This document shows positions 1-8,865 of a stretch of 64,000 nucleotides of DNA, one piece after another. Below the pieces are notes generated by a model. The model worked only from the letters and a program-made list of their open reading frames with translations. It was not told the origin of the DNA and searched no databases. How positions within the stretch are numbered: position 1 is the stretch's first letter; each line of letters opens with the position of its first letter. The stretch spans positions 193,496 to 257,495 of the forward strand of contig MWCQ01000002.1 in assembly GCA_002070105.1 (NCBI GenBank), read 5' to 3'. Made by a program: the position numbers and the translations under genes. This DNA is from Firmicutes bacterium ADurb.Bin193. Lineage in GTDB: Bacteria > Bacillota > Clostridia > Monoglobales > Firm-18.

Positions 1-180
1 TTATTTCCTTCGAGCCCTTTCAGCTGCTTCTTTTTCCTCTTTCAAAGCCTTATCAATACTTGCAATAACAAAGGCCTTTTCCTTCAAAGGAAGCTCCGAA
101 AAAGCCCCCGGAAGCAGTCTGAACCGATGGAGGGCGAAGTGTGCATAAGCTGCCTCTCCGCCCTCCTCTATCAGTTTTTT
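1..180 (-). CDS. -1 frame extension of the tail assembly chaperone (57 codons with no start codon or RBS of its own; long form is 1..572 with a slip at 174-180)
   Basis: The frame stays open from the slippery site to TAA at 3..1. It translates to LIEEGGEAAYAHFALHRFRLLPGAFSELPLKEKAFVIASIDKALKEEKEAAERARRK. Its position matches G/GT-type chaperone pairs upstream of tape measure genes. Confidence 0.55.
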   Translation of the reverse strand, partial: KKLIEEGGEAAYAHFALHRFRLLPGAFSELPLKEKAFVIASIDKALKEEKEAAERARRK

Positions 181-572
181 GCCTCTTCAACAAACTCATT
201 GAAATCCTCATCAAAACCACTCAGCTTTTGTACCTCGGAAACGATGTTGTTTATTTCTCCCGCAAGCAAGGTTTTATACAGGAATTGCGTAGGTGTCGAA
301 CACCCCGCCTTTTTAATGTTTTCCTCACTAACAAACGAAGGCTCAATTACATTGTTAAATATAATAAGCTCATTATATTTCTTGCTGTTGAATTCCGACT
401 TCCCCTTTGCGTTAAAAACAAGGGCCTGTTTTTGATATTCGGAATACTTGTCCCCGGTAACAGCCTTAATTTTAAACTTTAAGCCTGCATCCGCAAACCG
501 TTTCGACGGATATATTTCGCTTGTTATATCATCGACGGGATTCGCCGCCAAAAACTCAATCAATTTACTCAT
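171..572 (-). CDS. Phage tail assembly chaperone, XkdN-like
   Basis: 133-aa ORF directly after the tube gene. The sheath-tube-chaperone order is the same as in PBSX-like contractile tails, and the N-terminus MSKLIEFLAANPVDD is typical of the family. Confidence 0.7.
   Translation of the reverse strand: MSKLIEFLAANPVDDITSEIYPSKRFADAGLKFKIKAVTGDKYSEYQKQALVFNAKGKSEFNSKKYNELIIFNNVIEPSFVSEENIKKAGCSTPTQFLYKTLLAGEINNIVSEVQKLSGFDEDFNEFVEEAKN
174..180 (-). promoter_or_regulatory. Candidate -1 programmed ribosomal frameshift heptamer A_AAA_AAC
   Basis: The minus strand reads GC A AAA AAC TGA. This is an X_XXY_YYZ heptamer in the zero frame, immediately before the chaperone stop codon. Confidence 0.55.
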
Positions 573-583
573 TTTTTCTCCCC

Positions 584-1069
584 CTAATCTCTTCCGATGT
601 TGGCCGGCTCAGAAAAATCTTTGAGCACCGTGCAATCGGTATATTTAAAACCGATGCTGATTGTCATTCCATCCTCCGCAGAACTGTCGAGCAGGGCGGA
701 CGGAATATCACCGTCAAGTGTACAGCCTGTGTATGTTACGGTCCTGACACCTAAGCTCGTGTTGGGGTCATTGTTCTCGACCGTCAGTGAGAATGTGTCA
801 AGCACTCCGGTTTGTCTAAACTTTTGAACAATACCGGAAAATATCGATACACCGTGATACTGCATTTCAATCGTACCCTTACCGCTGACGCCTTTTACTT
901 TCGTTTGGGTCTTTGTAGTCCCTACCGTCTTAAAATCGCTCGTTTCCACATTATCCTTTGCCTCAAACTTTACAAGTCCCACAAGCTCGGATAAAACCCC
1001 TCGAAGGTTTAACCAAACACAGCCGATTCTACCATTGACAGTATCCTCTGCTTTTAAATATGAGTTCAT
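584..1069 (-). CDS. Phage tail tube protein (XkdM-like)
   Basis: 161 aa, immediately downstream of the sheath gene. Size and position fit contractile-tail tube proteins. Confidence 0.75.
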   Translation of the reverse strand: MNSYLKAEDTVNGRIGCVWLNLRGVLSELVGLVKFEAKDNVETSDFKTVGTTKTQTKVKGVSGKGTIEMQYHGVSIFSGIVQKFRQTGVLDTFSLTVENNDPNTSLGVRTVTYTGCTLDGDIPSALLDSSAEDGMTISIGFKYTDCTVLKDFSEPANIGRD

Positions 1070-1083
1070 TTACAATTCCCCCC

Positions 1084-2409
1084 TTATCCTACAGTTACAG
1101 TCATATAGAGCTTTTCCATACTGTCTGCCGGCTTTGCTCCCAAATTGACTACAATACTGTCTACGCCATCTCCGGGAATAACCTCTATATCCTCAGCTGA
1201 AAAATCAGAAATTGCGGATATTCCCTGCAATGTTTTAAAATACGCAATAATATCGGACTTAAACAAACTCCTGCCTATGTCGTTGTTTGTTACCTTTCCG
1301 ATATAGCTTTTTTCAAAGACATTTTTACAGGTGTTGCCTATTTCGTCCAGCACCCTTAAAACCCTGTTTTTGCTAAAATCGGAAGTCCTCTCGGGTGTAA
1401 AAGTATGAAGGCTGTTGATGTCCTGCTCACATACTATTACCCCATCGCTTCTGCGGGTAAGGATAAACCAGCCATTCTCAAGAGCTTCATCAATATCGCT
1501 GTCTTCGGAGAGCTCACCGATAATTTCAGTCGCCCCGGTGACCTCTCTATATGTATTGCTTTCGTTCACCTCAGCACCTGCGGTGATGCCGGTAACAAAT
1601 GCAACCAATCCCGTGCTGTCGATTGTTTTGTCGGCTACTTTATAGCCCTGCGTGCTCTTAACCTTTATTATTCCTTCATAATCGCTGTCATAACCCGACA
1701 AAACAGCCTGAACCTTTTTCCCGGCGTTTTCGCGCAGGTCTCTTATGAATATTTCCGTTGCCTCACCCACATCAGGAGTGGTAAAGGGAATACCCATTAC
1801 ATTAAAGGTCTCATTCTTAACCTTTGCAAAATAACTTGAAAAGCCGGTTGTTTGGACTTCCCCGTCTTCTCCTCCGGCGAGTATAATTCCGGCGGCTGCC
1901 TCAAGTGCTCCCTCTCCGCTGAAGTTTACCCAATCATTTGCCGAAAGCTCCGCGACGGTTGATACCTTGCTTTGTTTGTCCTTCAAATCACCGTTGAGGT
2001 AAGTAAGGACATCAAATGCGCCGGCGTTTGCCTTAATAACAACCTTAAGGCTGTTTCCGAGGGTTCCGAAGCACTTTGCCGTAACGGTTAGAGCTCCGCT
2101 CGTTGCGGTCGCTTTCGTTCCGCCCGAGTTAATCTTATAAACAAGAAGCTTAAAACAGTGCTTTAAGCATTCGTTTAAAAAGATATTGCCGTCGGCCGCC
2201 GTAAGCCCTATTTTAGAAAGGCTCTTACCGCTTACCAAATCCTCTGAGGTAACGGGAATTATCGTGTCCTCCTCGCCCCACGGAAGCACAAGCGGCATTG
2301 TTGCGATGCCTCTGTCGCTGACTCCGAAAAGCGATTTAATTACCGCCTTAAAATTTATGTACGCCCCCGGGCGCTTTTTGTTTTTTGTTGTAAAAGTTCC
2401 TCCTGCCAT
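1084..2409 (-). CDS. Phage tail sheath protein
   Basis: 441 aa. The N-terminus MAGGTFTTKNKKRPGAYINFK is characteristic of sheath proteins of the XkdK type. Confidence 0.9.
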   Translation of the reverse strand: MAGGTFTTKNKKRPGAYINFKAVIKSLFGVSDRGIATMPLVLPWGEEDTIIPVTSEDLVSGKSLSKIGLTAADGNIFLNECLKHCFKLLVYKINSGGTKATATSGALTVTAKCFGTLGNSLKVVIKANAGAFDVLTYLNGDLKDKQSKVSTVAELSANDWVNFSGEGALEAAAGIILAGGEDGEVQTTGFSSYFAKVKNETFNVMGIPFTTPDVGEATEIFIRDLRENAGKKVQAVLSGYDSDYEGIIKVKSTQGYKVADKTIDSTGLVAFVTGITAGAEVNESNTYREVTGATEIIGELSEDSDIDEALENGWFILTRRSDGVIVCEQDINSLHTFTPERTSDFSKNRVLRVLDEIGNTCKNVFEKSYIGKVTNNDIGRSLFKSDIIAYFKTLQGISAISDFSAEDIEVIPGDGVDSIVVNLGAKPADSMEKLYMTVTVG

Positions 2410-2425
2410 ATTATCACCCTTTCAT

Positions 2426-2824
2426 CTAAATCAGCTTTTCGCTGACCGTCATATTATCCATAAGCGGGACATCTTCCATTTGCTTATCAATATAAACTTT
2501 AATATCAAAAAAGAAATGCAAAACTTCATCCTCAATAACATAGTGCATCTTAACGCCGTGCAGTGTAATCCCTTGATACTCAGGATACTCCAAAATATCA
2601 AAGAGCTCAAAAGCCATATTGCGAAGCTGTGTGTAACCACTGCCAAAATACCGTACAGCCATTTTATATTCCCGAAGGTACCTCCTGCCGATAACCCGTT
2701 CATTCTCAGTTGAAATGACATAAACGAAAAAAGAGGGCGTAATAAACCCCTGCGGCACATTCTCGTCATACACATGAATTGTCGGATACTCTTTTTTCAG
2801 CGTTGCGACAACAACATCAACCAC
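2426..2824 (-). CDS. Phage head-tail/tail completion protein (hypothetical, XkdJ position)
   Basis: 132-aa ORF between the gp10-like gene and the sheath gene. Function is assigned by synteny only. Confidence 0.5.
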   Translation of the reverse strand: MVDVVVATLKKEYPTIHVYDENVPQGFITPSFFVYVISTENERVIGRRYLREYKMAVRYFGSGYTQLRNMAFELFDILEYPEYQGITLHGVKMHYVIEDEVLHFFFDIKVYIDKQMEDVPLMDNMTVSEKLI

Positions 2825-2849
2825 ATTGATTTTAACCGCCCCCTTTTAT

Positions 2850-3236
2850 CTAAAACCCAAGCGTAGATATAAAGCTTTTAAATGCCCTCTCCCACCTTTT
2901 AGGTAGCTCCTTTTGAATTTCATCAATTGAAAGCCGGCACATAAATACGCCTTCCTTAAATCCGCCCGACCTTGTTTTATGCCCATATTCAACATGGGAG
3001 GCATATTCGATATTATTATAAATATCAACCTCAAGCATGTCTCCCTTCCTGCGCACCTGCCCGACAAACCAATTGTTCCGTAAAGTTCCCGTATCAACCG
3101 GAGTCCTTTGCTTTGTTTTTGCCAATGCCCTTAAAGCCATTTCAAGCAGGAACCCTCTTAAAAAGTCATCGCTGCGCTTCTCAAGAGCAATCATGTTGTC
3201 ACGGAGCTTAACCAGGTCATTATAATTAAATGACAT
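2850..3236 (-). CDS. HK97 gp10-family phage protein
   Basis: 128 aa with a KQRTPVDTGTLRNNW motif typical of the HK97 gp10 family. Confidence 0.7.
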   Translation of the reverse strand: MSFNYNDLVKLRDNMIALEKRSDDFLRGFLLEMALRALAKTKQRTPVDTGTLRNNWFVGQVRRKGDMLEVDIYNNIEYASHVEYGHKTRSGGFKEGVFMCRLSIDEIQKELPKRWERAFKSFISTLGF

Positions 3237-3616
3237 TACGCATTATCCTTCCTCTTCAGGATGACTTCCTGATGTGTAGGATACAAAAACGGCTCACCGA
3301 CAGAAACAAAAGTCAGATTCATTCCGTTTTGAAGAATAGTTATTTTGCTCCCCGGTTTGATAATGTGCTCAGGGGCAACGAACAGCTTCGCATCGTATTC
3401 GATAACGGAACGGTCGTCCCTGCGGTCTGCGGCCTTGCCGCTCTTCTGGCTCAAAGCGCACGGTATTCCATCTCTCACAAGCTCCCTGTGCCGCGTGGCT
3501 CCGCTTTCGACTGTGTACTCTTCATACTCCGTTATCGACGCGCTTCCCTCGTAGGTCGTCTCAATAGCCTTTCTTTCAATGCCTACATTACCGAACAAAG
3601 CTATTCCTCCTTCCAT
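3236..3616 (-). CDS. Head-tail joining / head closure protein
   Basis: 126 aa, overlapping both neighbours within the connector module. Assigned by synteny. Confidence 0.5.
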   Translation of the reverse strand: MEGGIALFGNVGIERKAIETTYEGSASITEYEEYTVESGATRHRELVRDGIPCALSQKSGKAADRRDDRSVIEYDAKLFVAPEHIIKPGSKITILQNGMNLTFVSVGEPFLYPTHQEVILKRKDNA

Positions 3617-3933
3617 GTCGGGCGCGCCCGGCGGTACACGTTCAAAATCCTTGTATAACCCTTAAACACATCCGAAACGGCTTTTACACTGAAATTAACG
3701 GTTACATCCCCGCGCTTAACGCTTGAAACCTCACCCTCGGACATTTTCTTATAGGCCTTTACCGCCATCTCCGCAACCGTTTTTTCAAGGCCGGAGGGCA
3801 AGGTGCTGAGCTTACAATAAGACAGCACCTTTTCCGTTGTGCTTTCGATAATTATTTGCAGAATGTTATCCTGTGATGCATCAGAAAGTCCGAGCAAGCA
3901 TTTGACAACCCACAAAATATCCATACCAATCAC
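3601..3933 (-). CDS. gp6-like head-tail connector protein
   Basis: 110 aa directly after the capsid gene, with a 4-nt overlap. The N-terminal pattern (VKCLLGLSD..QDNILQIIIES) resembles the gp6-like connector family. Confidence 0.6.
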   Translation of the reverse strand: MIGMDILWVVKCLLGLSDASQDNILQIIIESTTEKVLSYCKLSTLPSGLEKTVAEMAVKAYKKMSEGEVSSVKRGDVTVNFSVKAVSDVFKGYTRILNVYRRARPTWKEE

Positions 3934-5045
3934 GCCTTAACGACCAAAACAGCGTTGCCGCATTTCTTAGCCTTACCTTCAATATCAACCTCGGCGACTG
4001 TAATTCTGCCATGTCCCTCAGTCGGAACAATATCATCACCGCTTATAATAGGCAGCCAGCCTTCAACAAGCACTTGGTCATAGATTACAGGTGAAGGACC
4101 AACAGGAGTCGTCCTGTAAAGAAATGCGTTGCCGGGCGCAGGATCTTCAGCAATTATAATTATGCTTGTTCCGGGAACTTCGCCTTCAACCGATGTAACG
4201 CTCAGAACTCCAAGCGTTGCGTTGTCATCCTTTGTTACAAGCTTAATTGCCTTGCTTTCGTCATAAAGATAAGCCGCATAATGCTTGTCGGCAGTTACAA
4301 TTGTTGTTTTATTGACAATATTTCTGTCAGTTTCAACATCCGTACCCTTTTTCGGGAAAATTGCAAGCGCACCGGGTTTTACGATAAAGTTTTCAAACAC
4401 ACCGCCGGAGCTCCTTATTTTGTTCGAAATTACAACCTGGCAGCCGTGTATCATTCCAACAGTGCCGTCCATAAGCATCTTTGTTGAAATATCGCTGCCG
4501 TTGATATAATTTTCGTTCTTTCTAAGCTCTGCAAGCTGCCCCGGAGAAATCAAAAGAACCTTTTCTCCTTCAATTGCCTCCCCGAACTTAACAAGCGCGT
4601 CGGCAACAAGGTCAGCGGAAAACGGTACCGTACCGTCGCCGACCGTCATTCCTGCACCGATGTTTTTGAGCGCAGCATGACAATCATTGTCAACCTTTTG
4701 GGCTATTGATTTTTTAAGCTGCGACGAAGCCTCGCCGACCGGATCGCCATAACCCGAAAGAATCGCCTCGTCCGTCAGCTCGACGCCTTTCCCTGCCTTT
4801 TTGATTGTTACCCTCTCCGTCGATGCCGTAAGCTTTGAAATAGGAATATCCTCACCCTCCGCTACATCCTCGGCATCGCCTATGTAAGCGTATTTAGGAA
4901 GCGTTACCGTATCACCCGCTTTTCCAACAAGGGTTGTGTCGATTATCGCAAGCGGCGAAAACTTAATTTCGTTCACGAGATTGCTTTCAATCATGTCCGC
5001 CATTACCTCAGGAATAATCAAATCTTCTTTTTTTGTCGTTGGCAT
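3930..5045 (-). CDS. Major capsid protein with a ~95-aa C-terminal extension
   Basis: 371 aa following the scaffold gene. The N-terminus MPTTKKEDLIIPEVMADMIE...VTLPKY is typical of HK97-fold capsid proteins of Firmicutes phages. Confidence 0.8.
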   Translation of the reverse strand: MPTTKKEDLIIPEVMADMIESNLVNEIKFSPLAIIDTTLVGKAGDTVTLPKYAYIGDAEDVAEGEDIPISKLTASTERVTIKKAGKGVELTDEAILSGYGDPVGEASSQLKKSIAQKVDNDCHAALKNIGAGMTVGDGTVPFSADLVADALVKFGEAIEGEKVLLISPGQLAELRKNENYINGSDISTKMLMDGTVGMIHGCQVVISNKIRSSGGVFENFIVKPGALAIFPKKGTDVETDRNIVNKTTIVTADKHYAAYLYDESKAIKLVTKDDNATLGVLSVTSVEGEVPGTSIIIIAEDPAPGNAFLYRTTPVGPSPVIYDQVLVEGWLPIISGDDIVPTEGHGRITVAEVDIEGKAKKCGNAVLVVKA

Positions 5046-5049
5046 TTTA

Positions 5050-5619
5050 TTACTCTCCCTTCATTAAACGGTCATATGCAGCTTTATCTTGGTTAAAGAG
5101 CTGCAGCCGTTCTTTATAACTCATTTTCGCAAATTGCTCTTTTGTCACTTCCGGAGCCCCTTCGCCCGCTTTCGGGGTGGTGCCCTTCAGCCTTTCGTTT
5201 ACCGCCTCCGCCAAAGCAGCCTTCCACTCCTGCTCAAAGGCGGTTATATTGCTTTCGGTGGTCTTCTCATCGGCGCCTACAAGAAAGTCTTTAAACTTTA
5301 CAGGCAAAGCTTTTTCGGAAAGAAGGTCCGTTGCTTTAAGCAGTAATTCTTTTTGAAGCAGCTTCTTTTCCTTCGATGCAAGCTCTTCCTTTTTTCGCTC
5401 CTCTTCCGAAAGCTTACCAAGACGCGCCTGCTCCTCCTGGTCCTTTTTCCACTTTTCTTGCGCAGCGGCGACAGCGGCATCGATATCCTCCTGCGTAAAG
5501 CTGGGTGCCGGAGGGTCTGCCGGGTTCGAATCGGCAGGAACCGGATTCGCCAAATTAGGGTCTTCGAGATTCGGGTCAACCGGATCTACCTTTGGATCTG
5601 TGTTTACGGTTTTTGACAT
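5050..5619 (-). CDS. Phage scaffolding protein
   Basis: 189 aa. Acidic, Pro-rich N-terminus followed by a long charged coiled coil (KKDQEEQARLGKLSEEERKKEEL), immediately upstream of the capsid gene. Confidence 0.75.
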   Translation of the reverse strand: MSKTVNTDPKVDPVDPNLEDPNLANPVPADSNPADPPAPSFTQEDIDAAVAAAQEKWKKDQEEQARLGKLSEEERKKEELASKEKKLLQKELLLKATDLLSEKALPVKFKDFLVGADEKTTESNITAFEQEWKAALAEAVNERLKGTTPKAGEGAPEVTKEQFAKMSYKERLQLFNQDKAAYDRLMKGE

Positions 5620-5810
5620 ATTAGTTTCCTCCTACAAATTTTTTGTATTAAAAAAGAGCCTAACGGCTCAATTTTTCGCTTAACGCAAATTCTGATCATC
5701 GCCTTGTATTTTTGCCCTGTACCGTACCAAGTACGGTTTTTGTACAGCCAGCCGATGCAGTATAAATAATACTTTATCCTTCGCATAATGCGCCCCCCTA
5801 AAATTATGCA

Positions 5811-5833
5811 ATAAAATAGACCCCGAAGGGTCG
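5811..5833 (-). terminator. Rho-independent terminator after the small ORF 5845..6036
   Basis: The minus strand reads GACCC-TTCG-GGGTC followed by TATTTTATT. Confidence 0.6.
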
Positions 5834-5844
5834 TATTTATTTAA

Positions 5845-6036
5845 TTATTCAATTTCCTCTATGCTTTTGATGTCATTTTCCCAAAAATAAAAACCCGTGT
5901 CAAGCCCGATTCCCTGTACACCCTCGGGATTGTCCATGGCAGAGTCGTAGATTGTCACGCGACCCTCAAACTCTTTGCCATCATTAGTTATTATTCTAAC
6001 TTTTTTTGAGCCTTGCCTGTATTTAAAAAGTTCCAT
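5845..6036 (-). CDS. Small protein (63 aa from MELFKY) coupled to the MuF-toxin gene; candidate immunity or anti-defence protein
   Basis: ATG at 6036 lies 1 nt after the TAG (6040..6038) of the upstream gene. A terminator follows. No family was recognised. Confidence 0.55.
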   Translation of the reverse strand: MELFKYRQGSKKVRIITNDGKEFEGRVTIYDSAMDNPEGVQGIGLDTGFYFWENDIKSIEEIE

Positions 6037-6037
6037 T

Positions 6038-7522
6038 CTACCAATCCCCTTTCGGCACAATATGAGTACCTCTGTTTGTATAATGAATAACAAAACCTGT
6101 TGCTATCTTCATCTCGTTTGTAATGTCACTGAGGTCAACTCCGACAATACTATTGTTATTCAAAATCTCTTCTCTTTTAATTACATTCCCTTTTTTGTTT
6201 GCCCTTATTATTCCTGTTCCGGCATACCTGTTAACAAGCTCCTGCGCTTCGGCAATCGAAATCGTTATGTAGCTTCTGCCCTCGATATAATTATTGTGTG
6301 TCAGTATATGCTTGCCCTGACTGCCCTCCCAAATCTTAAGCTCCTGCTTTCCGTTTTTGATGCTCTCCCGAAAGCGGTTAATACTGTTGACCTTTTTGTA
6401 TTCAAGCTTTAACTCTTCCCACGCCCTGCTATCATTATACTTCAAATTTTGGTAATTTGCAAGGCTTTTTGGTGCTCTTGCGCCAAGCACCTCTTTATAC
6501 TTTTCAAACTGTGCTTTGTCCGCGCTCTCGTTTTTACGCATTTTAACCAGCGTTTTAACGGTTTTTTCGCCATATTTATCAACCTGCGCCTTATACCACT
6601 GTTCATAGGTCATGCTGTCCGGCACGGAAATTGCGTTGTTCTCCGCATCCCTCGCAAAACGGATGCCGCCGGCGCTTAAATCATCCTCCGGGAAATACGG
6701 TATTGTTGTGCTGCGGCAATGCGGATGCATAGGGGGATAATTTATTCCGACTGCCTCGTCCTCCGTATTAAATACTTTCCCGTCAAGACCTGCACATATC
6801 TCACTGGTACGCAAATCAAGCGTAGCGAGAAATTTATATTTTTTAACGCCGATGGCGGTATAAAGCTCTTTTGTGCTGCGGTTTGCAAAATAATTTATTT
6901 CGGTCCGTACAAGCCGCATTGCGTTTTTATAGCTTACATCCATTTCCTTCGCGATAACGCTTGCGGTTTTCTGTACCGCCGCGCCCTGTATAAAGCTCTG
7001 CGTCAGTTTCTGCCGCAAGCCTTTGATAAGCTTCTGCTTATTGTCCCATATCCTGTCCGAAAAACTATCCCCGCTCCACGGGTAGGACAGCACATCGGCA
7101 ATCGACCCGGCATTCGGCTTTGTAAAGCTGACCTGAAATCCAAGCCCCTGCGAAAGGTTGAACGCGGCCCTGTAATACCCATCCTGATAAACCTCCGCCA
7201 TTGTTTGATATATATTTACCTGCATCTCGTCATACAGCCGGGAGATTTCACGGTTGATGTCATCCAAAAGATTGCCGAGCCTTGTAACGCGCCAATGACC
7301 TTTTAACGCCTTGACCGCATCAGAATATGTAACCTTATTATCCTTTGCATATTTAAGATAAAACGCCGCAAGCTCCTTTTGAACATTGACCGCCGCAAGC
7401 TCATATTTCTTCTTTAATTGCTGAATAAGCTGCTCGCCCTTAAGATGAGCTTTGCCCTCGGCTTCAGCGGCTCTTTTTTCCCAATATTTCTCTGACGGTG
7501 TTTTTATGTCCGTTGCAACCAC
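6038..7522 (-). CDS. MuF / SPP1 gp7-family head morphogenesis protein with a C-terminal polymorphic-toxin-like domain (type 50-like)
   Basis: MuF motif LDLRTSEICAGLDGKVF...PPMHPHCRSTTIPY. The C-terminal ~95 aa read QGKHILTHNNYIEGRSY...GTGI...FVIHYTNRGTHIVPKGDW. GTG start; exact start uncertain. Confidence 0.8.
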   Translation of the reverse strand: MVATDIKTPSEKYWEKRAAEAEGKAHLKGEQLIQQLKKKYELAAVNVQKELAAFYLKYAKDNKVTYSDAVKALKGHWRVTRLGNLLDDINREISRLYDEMQVNIYQTMAEVYQDGYYRAAFNLSQGLGFQVSFTKPNAGSIADVLSYPWSGDSFSDRIWDNKQKLIKGLRQKLTQSFIQGAAVQKTASVIAKEMDVSYKNAMRLVRTEINYFANRSTKELYTAIGVKKYKFLATLDLRTSEICAGLDGKVFNTEDEAVGINYPPMHPHCRSTTIPYFPEDDLSAGGIRFARDAENNAISVPDSMTYEQWYKAQVDKYGEKTVKTLVKMRKNESADKAQFEKYKEVLGARAPKSLANYQNLKYNDSRAWEELKLEYKKVNSINRFRESIKNGKQELKIWEGSQGKHILTHNNYIEGRSYITISIAEAQELVNRYAGTGIIRANKKGNVIKREEILNNNSIVGVDLSDITNEMKIATGFVIHYTNRGTHIVPKGDW

Positions 7523-7620
7523 CCCTTTTCGCCGTTGAAACCGTGTTAAACGGCGTTAATTGCGCGTTAATTTTTTTGTAGGTCTACAATTATAAAGGAT
7601 AACGCCCAACGCCTTATAAA

Positions 7621-8865
7621 TCATTTTTTACCGCCGTTAAAAACTTCGTATTCAAGCTCGGATGCCTCCTGCTCAACCCTTGCCATTTCAGAATCCACAT
7701 CATCAATAAATGACAGCTGTCCTATAAGCGTCTGGTTTGATACTATACCGACAAGATTGCCAGCCATCTCGCTTACTTCCTTGTCGTTCTTGGGCTTGTT
7801 ACGGTGGAATGTAACCGATATGTCACGCCAATCGTAATTTCCGCCTTTGGTGTTAAGGATTTCCGTTATCAGTTTAATCCGGCGGCGTATCCCTGTGTAG
7901 AGCTTGCGCTCCTTTGTCGCGGCGAGAAACTCCAGCCCCGAAAGCTTAAACTCTATGGCAATACCGGAAGTGTCGCCGGCGAAATTTTCATCCGACATAT
8001 CCGGCACCTTTGCAAACTTGTGAATATTCTTCTCGATGCGTTTCAGATTATTTTCCACAAATGTATCGTTGATGTTTTTCGTAATAAAGCTCGCGTCACC
8101 GTCGCCCTCCACAAAGATTATGCAGAGCTTCTTCATCAGCGCCAAATCATCCTCCTCGGTTCCGGAGGCGTTTTTAATAAGCAGATAGGCGTCGCGAAGC
8201 GCCTGCATTTCGTTGACACCCTCGCTGATTCGCTCATTGTAAGCGTCGATAAGCGGCAAATGCTTTTCGAAATCTCCTTGCCGGCGGTCGTTATTGTAGT
8301 AATATACAATAGGAACACGCCCGAAATAATGCTTCTCAAATTCCTGCTTCTCAAGCTTATCACCGTTTTTAATATACTTTTGTATGCCGGTCTTGCTGTA
8401 AACCTCGACAAATGTTTTGTTCTTCGCCTCGTACACCCGAATAGCATAATCCAACGCACGCTCAAATGTGTCCTCAAAAACGGGAATCAGTTCGCTTTCA
8501 GGAATACGACAGAACCTTATTCTGCTGTCTTCATTAAGGTATATAAGCTCGTAAGCCTCGCCGCAAATGCTCATATTCTGAATCAGCTCGGCATTGTGGT
8601 CCGGCTCGTTGTTGTCATCAAAAATATCCTTCAGCTTGTTCAGATATTCAGTATTGCCTTCTTTAGAGGCGTATGTTATCGGCTTGCTGATCATATACCC
8701 CTGAATGGTATCCACTATATACCCGGGAAAATCATTGACAATCCGGCTGCCCTCGCTTTTATTTAAAATATCGTGCTTCCCCTCGTAATAATTCTGCAGC
8801 TTCTTAAACCGCGGGAGGCGCGACTCATGCTCTTGTATTTTCTTCAGTATTTCCGCTGTGGTCAT
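7621..8865 (-). CDS. Phage portal protein (SPP1 gp6-like)
   Basis: 414 aa with a 4-nt overlap with TerL. The N-terminal LQNYYEGKHDIL motif is typical of SPP1-type portals. Confidence 0.85.
   Translation of the reverse strand: MTTAEILKKIQEHESRLPRFKKLQNYYEGKHDILNKSEGSRIVNDFPGYIVDTIQGYMISKPITYASKEGNTEYLNKLKDIFDDNNEPDHNAELIQNMSICGEAYELIYLNEDSRIRFCRIPESELIPVFEDTFERALDYAIRVYEAKNKTFVEVYSKTGIQKYIKNGDKLEKQEFEKHYFGRVPIVYYYNNDRRQGDFEKHLPLIDAYNERISEGVNEMQALRDAYLLIKNASGTEEDDLALMKKLCIIFVEGDGDASFITKNINDTFVENNLKRIEKNIHKFAKVPDMSDENFAGDTSGIAIEFKLSGLEFLAATKERKLYTGIRRRIKLITEILNTKGGNYDWRDISVTFHRNKPKNDKEVSEMAGNLVGIVSNQTLIGQLSFIDDVDSEMARVEQEASELEYEVFNGGKK

Noticed and set aside
5298-5619. Alternative-frame ORFs (5298-5579 minus, 5353-5616 plus) inside the scaffold gene
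   Set aside because: They are Arg/Lys-rich, low-complexity translations of the repetitive GAA/AAG-rich scaffold coding sequence. The scaffold frame has the expected context and coupling.
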